Shown here piece after piece: positions 19,488 through 29,902 of a DNA stretch of 58,562 bases. Origin of the DNA: an uncultured Ruminococcus sp. Lineage in GTDB: Bacteria > Bacillota > Clostridia > Oscillospirales > Acutalibacteraceae. A model generated the notes under the pieces. It was given only the letters and a program-made list of their open reading frames with translations. It had not been told where the DNA came from and did no database searches. Numbering within the stretch: the stretch's first letter is position 1; the number at the start of each line of letters is the position of its first letter. Location: positions 1 through 58,562 of the forward strand of contig CADCAD010000009.1 of NCBI GenBank assembly GCA_902799325.1, written 5' to 3'. The position numbers were made by a program, and so were the translations under genes.

Positions 19488-20753
19488 GTGGATGCGATGT
19501 ATATGTTTGTCAGCATTATTGCGCTGATATGCGTTCTCGGATTTTTCAACGAAAAGGTCACCAAGTTAACCTACGAAATCGCCCTTATGCTTTTTTCGTC
19601 CGTCATTGGTATTTTGATACTGATTGGCGTGGCGCTGTTTCAAGACACCGACATCGGCAATGTTTTGGAGGAAGTTCAGGGATTTGACATTCACGACTTT
19701 TTGATGCACGGTGTGCTGTGCTTTATGCTGTTTGCCGGATCGTGCCATATGAAGCTGCGTGACTTCAAGCAGCAGGCGCGTCAGGTAACGGTGCTGGCGC
19801 TTGTATGCACCCTGATGGGAGCGGCATTTTACGGCTTGCTTATTTACGGCGCGGGAATCGTGTTCGGACTTAACCTTACGCTGCCGGTTTGTTTGATGTT
19901 CGGCAGTATCATCGCGCCCACCGATCCAATTGCCGCCACCGGCATTTTGGGCAAGTTCGGTTTGCCGAAGAACACATCCTTTTTGATCCAGGGCGAGTCG
20001 CTGTTCAACGACGGAATCGGCGTGGCGCTGTTTGTATGCTTTTCCGGAATGGTGTCCGCTTCGTCGTCCTCGGAAGAAGGCTTGATCGGCGTTATGGTTC
20101 GCGAGATCCTCGGCGCGCTGGTCGTCGGCGTGGCGGTAACGCTGCTGTGCTTCCTGATGTTCCGCTTTTGCAGGCACGCCTTCCTGAAAATCTTTATCAG
20201 CCTTCTGACGGTTTCGCTGGCATACGCGCTGTGCGAGTTGCTTCACTTTTCGGGCGCGATCGCGTCTGTCATCTGCGGAATCCTGTTCTCTGAGCTGCGC
20301 GCGCGCTTTGGCGAGACGGAGGAAAAAGAGCACGCGGAGCTTTTTGACTCGTTCTGGGAAACGCTGGACGTTTTCCTGAACTCCATGCTGTACGTGCTGC
20401 TTGGTCTGTCGTTCGTCAGCATTTTGAAGATGGAATATGTGCTTTTGCTCTCGGGAACCGCGATCCTTGCAAACCTGATCGCCCGTTCGGCAAGCCTTTC
20501 GCTTTCGACGCTGGTTATCGGCAAGATCCCCGACAACTTCAGCCGCTTTGGTTTTGTTGCTCTGCTTACGTGGGGCGGCTTGAGAGGCGGACTGTCGGTA
20601 GCGCTTGCGATGAGCACCAAGGATATGCTGCCGGATCAAACATATTATATCATTCTCGGCTGCACCTACGCCGTAGTGTTCTTTACCACGGTCATCCAGG
20701 GCTTGACAATGAAGCCTGTGTATAACCGTATCAGCCGCAGCCGCGCCGCTTAA
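19488..20753 (+). CDS. CPA1 (NhaP-like) Na+/H+ antiporter
   Basis: About 12 TM segments, APTDPIA, GESLFNDG, WGGLRGGLSVALA. Confidence 0.92.
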   Translation: MDAMYMFVSIIALICVLGFFNEKVTKLTYEIALMLFSSVIGILILIGVALFQDTDIGNVLEEVQGFDIHDFLMHGVLCFMLFAGSCHMKLRDFKQQARQVTVLALVCTLMGAAFYGLLIYGAGIVFGLNLTLPVCLMFGSIIAPTDPIAATGILGKFGLPKNTSFLIQGESLFNDGIGVALFVCFSGMVSASSSSEEGLIGVMVREILGALVVGVAVTLLCFLMFRFCRHAFLKIFISLLTVSLAYALCELLHFSGAIASVICGILFSELRARFGETEEKEHAELFDSFWETLDVFLNSMLYVLLGLSFVSILKMEYVLLLSGTAILANLIARSASLSLSTLVIGKIPDNFSRFGFVALLTWGGLRGGLSVALAMSTKDMLPDQTYYIILGCTYAVVFFTTVIQGLTMKPVYNRISRSRAA

Positions 20754-20765
20754 CCCTGATTTCAA

Positions 20766-20820
20766 AAGAGGCTGACTCAAAACTCGGAAACGAGTGAATG
20801 AGTCAGCCTCTGTTTTTTTA
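20766..20820. terminator. Terminator between convergent genes
   Basis: AGAGGCTGACTCA..TGAGTCAGCCTCT-GTTTTTTT. Confidence 0.7.
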
Positions 20821-20843
20821 TGCGTTGCAGTGTCTGCTGCCGA

Positions 20844-21746
20844 CTATACGGCAGGAAACAGCTTGAATATTTTTATCATACCGTCGGAAACGATCCCAAG
20901 TCCGAGAAAATTGCCCGACGGGTCTTTTACGCGCAGTTTTTCGCCGTTTGGCAGAGAGCGGTTTTTAAGAGCCGTGCGCGCAAGATCCAGCGCCGCGCCG
21001 TTTTGGAAGCGTTTTGCCTGCGCCGCGCTGACAGACACCGCCTCATAGGAAACAAACAGGCTTTCCGTGGGGCGGATTTTTTGCGCGATTGCGCCGCTTT
21101 CGCACAGCGTTTGCAGCTCCTCGAGCGTCACGCAGTCGGCAAGCGTATAGCCGCAGGCTTCGGTGCGCCGCAGGGCGGTCATCACCGCGCCCACGCCGAG
21201 CGCCGCGCCCATATCATCAATCAGGGTGCGCACATAGGTGCCCTTGGAGCAGGCGATTGCCAGCATGCCGGTCTGCGTTTCTTCGTCAAATGCGCGCAGC
21301 TCCAAACGGTAGACCGTTACCCTGCGCGCGTCGCGCTCGACCTCCACACCCTTGCGCGCGAGGTCATAGAGCCGCACGCCGTTTTTTTGCACGGCAGAAA
21401 ACATCGGCGGAATCTGCTCGATTTCGCCCGTGAACTGCGGCAGCAGGCGCTCGACGGCGTCTTTTGCAACGTGGCTTTCGCACGCGCTTTTGGTCTCCCC
21501 CCAGATGTCGAGGGTGTCGGTGGTCAGTCCCAGGCGGAAGTCGGCAACATAGGTTTTGTCGTGGTTGACAATCAAGTCCTGCGCCTTGGTCGCGCTGCCC
21601 AGCAGTACCGGCAGCACGCCGGTGGCGTTGGGATCGAGCGTGCCGGTGTGACCGGTTTTGCGCTGGCGCGTGAGCCTGCGCACCACGGCAATCACATCAA
21701 AGGAGGTGAAGCCCTGCGGCTTGTCGATAACGATAACGCCGTTCAT
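20844..21746 (-). CDS. truB: tRNA pseudouridine(55) synthase
   Basis: DKPQGFTSFD, GHTGTLDP, CSKGTYVR. Confidence 0.96.
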   Translation of the reverse strand: MNGVIVIDKPQGFTSFDVIAVVRRLTRQRKTGHTGTLDPNATGVLPVLLGSATKAQDLIVNHDKTYVADFRLGLTTDTLDIWGETKSACESHVAKDAVERLLPQFTGEIEQIPPMFSAVQKNGVRLYDLARKGVEVERDARRVTVYRLELRAFDEETQTGMLAIACSKGTYVRTLIDDMGAALGVGAVMTALRRTEACGYTLADCVTLEELQTLCESGAIAQKIRPTESLFVSYEAVSVSAAQAKRFQNGAALDLARTALKNRSLPNGEKLRVKDPSGNFLGLGIVSDGMIKIFKLFPAV

Positions 21747-22684
21747 AGGATTTCACTCACAGCCGCCTTCAGCTGCGCCTTGACCTCCTCCAGACTGCCC
21801 TTGACGGAGCAGCCTGCGGCAGCTGCATGACCGCCGCCGCCGAAGCGCGCGCAGAATTCTGCCGCGTTGACGTCGCCGTCGCTGCGCACGGAGATTTTGA
21901 AGTCGTTTTCTGCTTTTTCACGCAGGGTAATGCCGATTTTGACGCCCTCCACCTGGCGCGGAATGGACGCCAAGCCCTCGAGCTCGCCGTCGCCTACGCC
22001 GACCTTTTTTTGCGTGGCAAGCGTGACCGCGATGATGGCGCAGCGGTCGTTGCAGCAATACTCCATCGTGTTGTACACCTCGCGCTCGAGCGCCAGCTTT
22101 TTGCGCGTTTTGGTTTCGAACATCACCTTGTTGATGTAGGCGGTGTCGCAGCCGATGTCGATGATGTCGGCGGCTATGCGCAGGGTTTCCGCGGTGGTGT
22201 TGGTGTAGCGGAAGCAGCCCGTGTCGGTGGAAATGCCGGTGTAGAGATTGTTGGCGACGCCGCGCGTGATGTCCACCTGCATCAGCCGGAACAGCTTATA
22301 GAGGATTTCGCAGTTGGCGGCGGCGTTGCCGTCCACGCATTTCAGCGGCGCCTCTATTTTATTGGTCATGTGGTGGTCGATACATAAGTCGATTCTGCCC
22401 TCGTAGGCTTCACGGTTGCTGCCGAGCAGCTTGACGTCGGCAACGTCCACGCTGACGATGGTCTGCGCGGTGAAGTCCTGCGGCTGGATGCCTGCCTGCA
22501 AAAACGTGAAGTCCTTGGGGACGGAGGTGGTGATGACACGCGCCTTCTTCCCCATCTGCTGCAGCACCAGACAGAGCGCAAAGCCGCTGCCAAGGGTGTC
22601 GCCGTCGGGATAGTCGTGGGTTAGAATTTCAAAGCAGTCGCGCTCTCTTAAAAACGCCGCGACCGCAAGCAGCTTATCCTTCAT
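21743..22684 (-). CDS. nrnA: DHH/DHHA1 oligoribonuclease / pAp phosphatase
   Basis: HDYPDGD, IDHH, TDTGCF, GGGH; start reset to MKDKLL. Confidence 0.9.
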   Translation of the reverse strand: MKDKLLAVAAFLRERDCFEILTHDYPDGDTLGSGFALCLVLQQMGKKARVITTSVPKDFTFLQAGIQPQDFTAQTIVSVDVADVKLLGSNREAYEGRIDLCIDHHMTNKIEAPLKCVDGNAAANCEILYKLFRLMQVDITRGVANNLYTGISTDTGCFRYTNTTAETLRIAADIIDIGCDTAYINKVMFETKTRKKLALEREVYNTMEYCCNDRCAIIAVTLATQKKVGVGDGELEGLASIPRQVEGVKIGITLREKAENDFKISVRSDGDVNAAEFCARFGGGGHAAAAGCSVKGSLEEVKAQLKAAVSEIL

Positions 22685-23048
22685 CCGTTTCGTCCCCGCT
22701 TTCGGAAATGTCGAGCGAATGGAGAATACGGCTGATATTGGCGCTGTATTCGATGCTGTCCGTCGCCTCAAAAATCAGCTCGGGCACATGGCGGAGCTTG
22801 AGTCGGTGCCCCAGCTCGCGGCGGATAAAGCCCGATGCGGACTTTAAGCCCTTGACCGCTTCCTTGGCACGGTCGAGCCCCTCGATGGCGCTGACCTTGA
22901 CGGTGCAGTAGGAGAGGTCGTTGGTGACCTCCACCCTGACGATGGACAAAAACGCGCCGGTGACGCGCGGATCCTTGAGCTCGCGGAAAATCGCGGTCAG
23001 CTCGCGCTTGATATCTTCGGTTGTCCGTTCAATTCTGTGACTTGCCAT
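22674..23048 (-). CDS. rbfA: Ribosome-binding factor A
   Basis: LKDPRV, VEVTNDLS, LRHVPELIF; follows infB. Confidence 0.96.
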   Translation of the reverse strand: MASHRIERTTEDIKRELTAIFRELKDPRVTGAFLSIVRVEVTNDLSYCTVKVSAIEGLDRAKEAVKGLKSASGFIRRELGHRLKLRHVPELIFEATDSIEYSANISRILHSLDISESGDETDEG

Positions 23049-23125
23049 TGTTTACCTCAAAGAGTCAGCGTGGCAGGCGGAGAGAGGAGCCGTTGCCCTC
23101 TCGCGCCCGGCGCTGCACTCTGACA

Positions 23126-25477
23126 TTAATCTCTGTATTCCTCGATGGTGTACACCTCGAACATATCGCCTTCCTTGAGGTCGTTGAACTTTTCGAGTCC
23201 GATACCGCACTCGTAGCCCTCCTTGACCTCCTTGACAGCGTCCTTGAAGCGCTGCAGCGAAGCGATGCTGTCGGTGGCGATGACGATGCCGTCGCGGATG
23301 ACGCGCACGCCGCCGCCGCGCTGGATGGTGCCGCTCTTAACATAGGAACCGGCGATGGTGCCGACGGATTTTATCTTGATGACGTTGCGCACCTCAGCCA
23401 TGCCCAAAACGACCTCGCGGGTTTTGGGAGCGAGCATGCCCTTCATTGCCGCCTCAATCTCGTTGATGCAGTCATAGATGACGCTGTACAGGCGCATATC
23501 CACGCCGGCGGTTTCGGCATGCGCTGCCGCCACGGAATCGGGGCGGACGTTGAAGCCGACGATAATCGCGGAGGAAGCCTCGGCGAGCATGACGTCGCTT
23601 TCGTTGATGGCGCCGACCGCGCCGTGGATGACGTTGACGCGCACTTCCTCGTTGCTGAGCTTTTCAAGCGACTGACGAACAGCCTCCACCGAGCCCTGCA
23701 CATCCGCCTTGACGATGATTTGCAGCTCCTTGACCTCGCCGAGCTTCATCTGGTCGAAGAGGTTGTCGAGGGTGACCTTGGTCTGCGCGTTGAATTTTTC
23801 TTCCTTCTGTGCGGACTTGCGCTGCTCTACCAGCGTTCTTGCCAATCGCTCGTCGGTGACGGCGTCGAACACATCGCCGCCGGTGGGCACTTCGTCCAGA
23901 CCGGTAATCTCAACCGGGATGGAAGGACCTGCCTCCTGCACGCGCTCGCCCTTGTCGTTGGTCATGACGCGCACCCTGCCGACGGTGGTGCCGGCGATGA
24001 TGACATCGCCCTTATGCAGCGTACCGTTTTGCACCAGCACGGTAGCGATAGGACCTCTGCCCTTGTCCAGACGCGCTTCGATGACGGTGCCCTTTGCCGC
24101 ACGATCGGGGTTCGCCTTGAGCTCCTTCATTTCGGCAACCAGCGTTACCATTTCCAGCAGGTCGTCCAGACCTTCCTTGGTCTTGGCGGAAACGGGGATA
24201 CAGGGTGTGTCGCCGCCCCATTCCTCGGGAACGAGATCGTATTCGGTGAGCTGCTGCTTGACCTGTTCGGGATTTGCGCCCACCTTATCCATTTTATTGA
24301 TCGCCACGATGACGGAAACGCCCGCCGCCTTGGCATGGTTGATGGCTTCTACGGTCTGCGGCATGATGCCGTCGTCCGCCGCGACAACCAGAATGGCGAT
24401 ATCGGTGACCATGGCGCCGCGCGCACGCATGGTGGTGAACGCCTCATGGCCGGGGGTGTCGAGGAAGGTAATCGGCTTGCCGTTGACCATCACACGGTAT
24501 GCGCCGATGTGCTGGGTGATGCCGCCGGCTTCTCCTGCGGTGACATTGGCGTGGCGGATGGCGTCGAGGATGGAGGTCTTGCCGTGGTCAACGTGGCCCA
24601 TGACAACGACAACCGGCGCTCTGCCGACCAGATTGGACTCGTCGTCCTCGCTGTCGTCGATGATTTTTTCCTCGATGGTGACAACGACCTCTTTTTCTAC
24701 CTTGGCGTGGAACTCCATGGCAATCAGGGAGGCGGTGTCAAAGTCGATGGTGTCGGTGGCGGTGACCATGGTGCCCATGAGGAACGCCTTCTTGACAACC
24801 TCGGCAACCGTCGCCTTCAGGCGCAGCGCCAGCTCGTTGACGGTGATTTCGTCGGGAATCTGCACGGTGATGGGCTTTTGCTTGCGCTCGAGCGCAATTC
24901 TCTTGAGGCGCTCCGCCTCGGTTTCGCGTTTGCCCTGCCGTCTGCCGCGCTGCTTCTGGGTGCGGTTGGAAAACTTTTGCTTTTTGGTGGTATGGTCACG
25001 GTCTGTGCTGCGCGACTTGGAGGTATCGCTTGCCAGATCGTCATATTTGGAGTTGTAGCGCTCCACGTCTACATTGGTGGCGCGGGTGTCGATGACCTTG
25101 CGCTGGCGCTGATGGCTGGGCGTATCGCCCTTCGGCGCCTTGGGCTGCTGCGCAGGCTTGGCGGCTGCGGCGGCAGGCTGCTTGCCGTCCGCTTTGGCGG
25201 CAGGCTTTTCCTCCTCCTTGGGCGCTTCCTTTGTCTCCGGCACAACAGGCGCCGGCTCCTGCTCGAGCTTGGCGTTGCGCACCGCGAAATAGGCGTCGAA
25301 GTTTTCCACGCTGTTTTCCTTGGTGATGACGTCAAACAGGACGTCCAGCTCGCTTTCCTGCAGGGTGGTCATGGTCTTTTTATCTACGCCGCAATGGGCT
25401 TTCAAAATCTCGGTAATCTTTTTATTCGGCACGCCGAAATCGGCTGCCGCGTCCTTCACCTTGTATTTTATCATCAA
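23126..25477 (-). CDS. infB: Translation initiation factor IF-2
   Basis: [34 protein letters not shown]. Confidence 0.98.
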   Translation of the reverse strand: MMIKYKVKDAAADFGVPNKKITEILKAHCGVDKKTMTTLQESELDVLFDVITKENSVENFDAYFAVRNAKLEQEPAPVVPETKEAPKEEEKPAAKADGKQPAAAAAKPAQQPKAPKGDTPSHQRQRKVIDTRATNVDVERYNSKYDDLASDTSKSRSTDRDHTTKKQKFSNRTQKQRGRRQGKRETEAERLKRIALERKQKPITVQIPDEITVNELALRLKATVAEVVKKAFLMGTMVTATDTIDFDTASLIAMEFHAKVEKEVVVTIEEKIIDDSEDDESNLVGRAPVVVVMGHVDHGKTSILDAIRHANVTAGEAGGITQHIGAYRVMVNGKPITFLDTPGHEAFTTMRARGAMVTDIAILVVAADDGIMPQTVEAINHAKAAGVSVIVAINKMDKVGANPEQVKQQLTEYDLVPEEWGGDTPCIPVSAKTKEGLDDLLEMVTLVAEMKELKANPDRAAKGTVIEARLDKGRGPIATVLVQNGTLHKGDVIIAGTTVGRVRVMTNDKGERVQEAGPSIPVEITGLDEVPTGGDVFDAVTDERLARTLVEQRKSAQKEEKFNAQTKVTLDNLFDQMKLGEVKELQIIVKADVQGSVEAVRQSLEKLSNEEVRVNVIHGAVGAINESDVMLAEASSAIIVGFNVRPDSVAAAHAETAGVDMRLYSVIYDCINEIEAAMKGMLAPKTREVVLGMAEVRNVIKIKSVGTIAGSYVKSGTIQRGGGVRVIRDGIVIATDSIASLQRFKDAVKEVKEGYECGIGLEKFNDLKEGDMFEVYTIEEYRD

Positions 25478-25488
25478 ATTCTCCTCTC

Positions 25489-25794
25489 TTATTCGCTGTC
25501 AATCATTTCGCGCAGCTTGGCGGCAAAGCCGCTGTCCTCCACGGACAGCACCGCGCACAGCCTGCCGAGCGCATGGCTTAACGCATCCTTGCCGCGGTTG
25601 ACGCAGAGGGCGTCAACGCCGTTTTCCTCACACGCGCGCAGCACCCTTTTGAGGCTGTTGGGTGAGGCGTCGGCGGCGGTGAGCACCAGAAAGGATTTGC
25701 CCTCTCTGACCGATTGCTCGGTGACTTCCGCGCCGATGACCAGCTTTTTTGCGCGACGGCACAAGCCTAACAATGATAATACTCTGTCGTTCAT
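25489..25794 (-). CDS. ylxQ: L7Ae family RNA-binding protein
   Basis: [14 protein letters not shown]; position in the nusA-infB operon. Confidence 0.88.
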   Translation of the reverse strand: MNDRVLSLLGLCRRAKKLVIGAEVTEQSVREGKSFLVLTAADASPNSLKRVLRACEENGVDALCVNRGKDALSHALGRLCAVLSVEDSGFAAKLREMIDSE

Positions 25795-26099
25795 AGTACC
25801 TCGCCGGCGGCTTGCAGCTCCGCCTTCATTTGTTCATACACCTCGGGAGGAATTTGGCAGCTCAGCGAGCGCTCGAAGCGGCGCCCCTTGCGCGCCTTTT
25901 CAAAGCAGTCTACGCTGCGGCACACATAGGCGCCCCTGCCTGCTTTTTTGCCCGTGAGGTCAAGCGAAATGCCGCCTGCCGACAAGACGTTTCCGTTTTC
26001 ATCGGTTTTCTCGGGCGCCTTGACCACGCGAATCAGCTCGCGCTTGGGCTTCATTTCTCCGCAGCCGGTGCATTTTCTAAGCGGTATCTTTTTCATCAT
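25791..26099 (-). CDS. ylxR: YlxR (RnpM) RNA-binding protein
   Basis: PLRKCTGC..KRELIRVV..GRGAYVC. Confidence 0.93.
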   Translation of the reverse strand: MMKKIPLRKCTGCGEMKPKRELIRVVKAPEKTDENGNVLSAGGISLDLTGKKAGRGAYVCRSVDCFEKARKGRRFERSLSCQIPPEVYEQMKAELQAAGEVL

Positions 26100-27215
26100 T
26101 TATTCTTCCGTCTGCTCTGCGGTCTGCGCGGGCTCGTCGTCCTCGTCCTCGCCGTAGAAGCCGCTTTCGGGACGGATGTCGATTTTCCAGCCGGTCAGGC
26201 GCGCGGCAAGACGCGCGTTTTGACCTTTGTTGCCGATGGCAAGCGAAAGCTGGTCGTCGGGCACAGTCGCCTTGCAGCTTTTGGCTTCCTCGTCGGTGAT
26301 GTCAACCTTGATAACCGACGCAGGCGAAAGCGCCGCGGAGATATACTTTTGCGGATCGTCGCTGTATTCGATGATGTCGATTTTTTCGCCGCCCAGCTCG
26401 CTGACAATCGCGTTGACACGCGCGCCCTTGGGGCCGATGCAGGCGCCGATGGCGTCAACGTCGGGGTTGTTGCTGACAACCGCCATCTTGGTGCGCGAGC
26501 CTGCCTCGCGGGAAACCGCCTTGATTTCCACCACACCGTCGAAGATTTCGGGCACTTCTTTTTCAAACATGCGGCGGACAAAGCCGGGGTGCGAACGGGA
26601 AATGATGGCGTGAGGGCCGCGCTCGTTGTCCTTGACGTCAGCGATGTAGACCTTGACTAAATCGCCCTCGCGCAGCTCGCCGAGACCGACCTGCTCCACC
26701 TTGGGCAACATGGCGGTGCTTTTGCCGATTTTGATGGTGGCAACGCCGGTTTTCATGTCCACGCGCTCGATGGTGGCGGTGACAATTTCGCCGAGCTTGC
26801 TTTGAAATTCGAGCAGGCTTTGTCCCTTTTCGCCGGCGCGGATACCCTGGCGGATGACGTTGCGCGCGGAGGAAACCGCGATTCTGCCGAGACGCTTGGG
26901 ATCGAGCGGCACCTCGATTTCGTCGCCGATCTCAAACTTTTTGCGCTTGTTGATCTGAGCGGCTTCCTCGAGCGTTACCTCAAAGTTGGGATCGTCCACT
27001 TCCTCTACGATGGTTTTGACGAGCTTGACATCCAGGCTGCTTTTTTCGGGATCTGCCTTGAACACCACGTTTTCGTTGCCGCCGTAGTAGCTTTTGCAGG
27101 CGATTTCAATTGCTTTTTGTATCTGCTGAAGCATGTAGTCCATCGGAATGTCTTTTTCCTTTTCAAACATTCTCAGCGCTTCAAACAATTCCTTGTTAAT
27201 CATTTTTCCAACCAT
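26100..27215 (-). CDS. nusA: Transcription termination/antitermination factor
   Basis: EVPEIFDG, REAGSRTK, GACIGPKG, LSLAIGNKGQNARLAA. Confidence 0.97.
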   Translation of the reverse strand: MVGKMINKELFEALRMFEKEKDIPMDYMLQQIQKAIEIACKSYYGGNENVVFKADPEKSSLDVKLVKTIVEEVDDPNFEVTLEEAAQINKRKKFEIGDEIEVPLDPKRLGRIAVSSARNVIRQGIRAGEKGQSLLEFQSKLGEIVTATIERVDMKTGVATIKIGKSTAMLPKVEQVGLGELREGDLVKVYIADVKDNERGPHAIISRSHPGFVRRMFEKEVPEIFDGVVEIKAVSREAGSRTKMAVVSNNPDVDAIGACIGPKGARVNAIVSELGGEKIDIIEYSDDPQKYISAALSPASVIKVDITDEEAKSCKATVPDDQLSLAIGNKGQNARLAARLTGWKIDIRPESGFYGEDEDDEPAQTAEQTEE

Positions 27216-27245
27216 TCCTTTCTATGATACAATCACTGTTTGTCT

Positions 27246-27731
27246 TTAATCAAAGTCGTCGAGCTTAATCCAGACGGCTTCCTTTTTGGGAAACGTCAGC
27301 TCGTTTTCGCCGCTGTGATCCTCAACGGTCACCTCGCCGTTTTCATATGCCTTGAGCTTGCCGTTGAATTCTCTGCCCACTCCCTCAACGGGACGCAGCA
27401 TTTTGACCATGACGTCCGCGCCGATGAAACGGGCAAAGTGCTCGTCGCGCACCAGCTCGCGTTCAATGCCCGGAGAGCAAACCTCCAGAATATAGGCGCT
27501 CTCGATGGGATCCAGCGTGTCCAGCGGATCGTTGATGGCGCGTGACACCGCCTCGCAGTCGTCGATGCCGACGCCCTCGGGCTTGTCGATGAACACGCGC
27601 AGGTACCAGTCGGCGCCCTCTTTTACATAGCGCACATCCCAAAGGGAAAGCCCCAAGCCCGATACAATCGGCTCGCAAAGCTCCCACACCTTGGTGACGG
27701 TGACGCCGCCCTTGCTTTTTGCCAAACTCAT
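27246..27731 (-). CDS. rimP: Ribosome maturation factor
   Basis: LRVFIDK..DDCEAVSR..LEVCSPGIER. Confidence 0.95.
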   Translation of the reverse strand: MSLAKSKGGVTVTKVWELCEPIVSGLGLSLWDVRYVKEGADWYLRVFIDKPEGVGIDDCEAVSRAINDPLDTLDPIESAYILEVCSPGIERELVRDEHFARFIGADVMVKMLRPVEGVGREFNGKLKAYENGEVTVEDHSGENELTFPKKEAVWIKLDDFD

Positions 27732-27749
27732 CCCTCCAAATTAAACACA

Positions 27750-27776
27750 AAGGAGCGGGTTGACTGCCCACTCCTT
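27750..27776 (-). promoter_or_regulatory. rimP leader hairpin
   Basis: AAGGAGTGGG-cagtcaa-CCCGCTCCTT just upstream of rimP, like the conserved rimP leader of Firmicutes. Confidence 0.7.
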
Positions 27777-27868
27777 AGTTTCAAGTATTTAACAATGTGA
27801 TTATAGCACCTTCTGCTGAAAAATGCAAGTGTTTTTCCGATTTTCAGCGGATTTTTTGCATTTGCGCC

Positions 27869-29902
27869 CTATTGCCGGGGTGTGCCGCCGCCCGGCGGCA
27901 TGTGCCACGGGTGCACCGGCGGCTGCGGATTTTGCGGATTTTGAGGACTTTGCGGATTGCGCGGATATGCAGGCGGCTGCGGCGGTGTGGGCGGCATGGG
28001 CGGCATACCCTTCTTTTTCGCCGCTCTGCGCAGAAGCAACACCGTGGTCAGTGCCAGCGCGAACACCACCAAGGTGATGATGGCGAGTATCAGCATGATA
28101 AAGGCGCGGGATTCCCAAATTTTGATTCTATCCAGCCCCTCGTTGATGACCGTGTATTTTTCGCTTTCAAGCAAGCCCACGAGGTTTTCGCCGGAGATGG
28201 CGCTGTTTTCCACGCCCCGCATATAGTAGCAATACGCCGTTGCGCCGGCAAAGCCGATGGTCAGCATGCCGAGGAAGGCAATCAGCGAATAGATAATCAT
28301 GACGGGGATTTTCTTGCCGCGCTTTTTGGTGAGGAACGCGGCGAGCGCCACCGCGCCTGCGCTGACGAGCGCAAACACGCCGCCGATAAGCACCGGCAGC
28401 ACACTGCCGACGCCCACGCGTTTGGCGGCGGCTTCCGCCACGTCGCCGTCGGTGCGGTTGACATTGATGGTGCGCGTGGTTTTGACGCCGTAGCTGTTTT
28501 CGGCGGTGAAGGCAAGGCTGTTGTCGCCCTTGTTGAGCTTGGCTTCGGCGGTAAAGCTGCCGTCGCCGGCGACCTCTACCTTTTCGCCGTTGAGCGTCAG
28601 GGTGACGCCGGGATCGGTTTTGCCGCTGACGGTGAAGGTGTCGCTTTTGCTGACCATGTTGTCGGACATGCCGTAGAGCTCCAGCATGGGCGGTTCGCTT
28701 TGCACGCCGATGGTCTTGGTGACCTGATAGGACTCGTTGTCGTTGACATAGACGCGCGCCGTCACCTCGTTGCTTGTCATGGTTTCGAGTGCCACGGAAA
28801 CCGTGTTGTCGCCCTTGACGCGGTAGCGCTTGACGGCTTCACCCACGGTGACGTCCATGGGCAGCTCCTTGTCGCCCACGCTGTAATGAATGGTCGCCAT
28901 CATGTCAGCGGTTGCCTCCGCCGTGTCAATGCTGAGGCTGATGTCCGGCGTGAAGGTCAGCGTGCGCGTGTAGACCGTGTCAAACGCGCCGCTGCTGTTG
29001 AGCGGCATAAGGCGCAGGGTATAATTTCCCTGCTGTTCGTCGTCCTGCACAATGCGCACGGATTTTTGACTGTTTTCCAATTCGCTGTAAAACACGGGTG
29101 CGCCGTCGCCGCCGGCAACGGACACCAGCATGCTGCTGTAATAGTCCTTGACGCCCTCCCAATTGACCGTGACGGTTCCGGCGGTGAGGTCGGTGACGGT
29201 GGAAAACGCGCTTTGCTCGCCTGCTTTGTTGTGGCCGGAGATGGTAATCGGCTTGGCGGCGGTGGCGGAGGTTTCCACCTCGGTGTCGTCGGGATAGGTG
29301 TACAGCGCGTCCATCGAGAGCGTCCAGCTGCCGTCGGGCAGCTTGCCGACGTCCACCTGCGTTTCCGCTGTTTCGTTGGCGGTGGCGGTTCCTTGGTGCA
29401 GCAGGATTTGCTTGCCTTGCAGACCGGTGGTGGCAAAGTCGGGCACCGCGTAAACATGCCAGTCATAGCGCAGGTTTTCCGCCGACTTGACCAGCGCGGA
29501 GACCTTTACCCTGCCGTCCTTGGGCGCTTCGTTGGTGAAGGTGTCCACGGTGAGCGGCTCGTTCCACGCCAGCACCTTGACAGTGACGTCGGCGCTTGCC
29601 GTCACGCGCCAGCTGCCTGCAGGCGCCTTTTTGATATAGAAATTCACCACGCCCTCGGCGCGCTCCACCTTGGCGTAGTCGGCGTCCTTGGTGTAGCTTT
29701 TGTTGCCGGGAGCTTCCACCTGCACGGTGGGCTCGGTGCCCTCATAGAGGACGGAAATTTCGATGTCGCGCTCCGAGCTGAGCGAAAACTGTTTATCCTT
29801 GGCGGCAGCGGCAAACAACGTTGCCGTGCTGCCCAGCAGCAGCGCGGCGGTCAGCAGCACCAGCAGCCGCTGCACCGCGCTGTAGAAATGTTTTATTCTC
29901 AT
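27869..29902 (-). CDS. Membrane-anchored surface protein with several Ig-like beta domains
   Basis: Signal peptide, Thr/Val-rich beta domains (TVSGKTDPGVTLTLNG), three C-terminal TM helices, Pro/Gln tail. Confidence 0.75.
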   Translation of the reverse strand: MRIKHFYSAVQRLLVLLTAALLLGSTATLFAAAAKDKQFSLSSERDIEISVLYEGTEPTVQVEAPGNKSYTKDADYAKVERAEGVVNFYIKKAPAGSWRVTASADVTVKVLAWNEPLTVDTFTNEAPKDGRVKVSALVKSAENLRYDWHVYAVPDFATTGLQGKQILLHQGTATANETAETQVDVGKLPDGSWTLSMDALYTYPDDTEVETSATAAKPITISGHNKAGEQSAFSTVTDLTAGTVTVNWEGVKDYYSSMLVSVAGGDGAPVFYSELENSQKSVRIVQDDEQQGNYTLRLMPLNSSGAFDTVYTRTLTFTPDISLSIDTAEATADMMATIHYSVGDKELPMDVTVGEAVKRYRVKGDNTVSVALETMTSNEVTARVYVNDNESYQVTKTIGVQSEPPMLELYGMSDNMVSKSDTFTVSGKTDPGVTLTLNGEKVEVAGDGSFTAEAKLNKGDNSLAFTAENSYGVKTTRTINVNRTDGDVAEAAAKRVGVGSVLPVLIGGVFALVSAGAVALAAFLTKKRGKKIPVMIIYSLIAFLGMLTIGFAGATAYCYYMRGVENSAISGENLVGLLESEKYTVINEGLDRIKIWESRAFIMLILAIITLVVFALALTTVLLLRRAAKKKGMPPMPPTPPQPPAYPRNPQSPQNPQNPQPPVHPWHMPPGGGTPRQ

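Noticed and set aside
23065-23125. GC-rich hairpin between infB and rbfA
   Set aside because: Ordinary intercistronic stem with no further support
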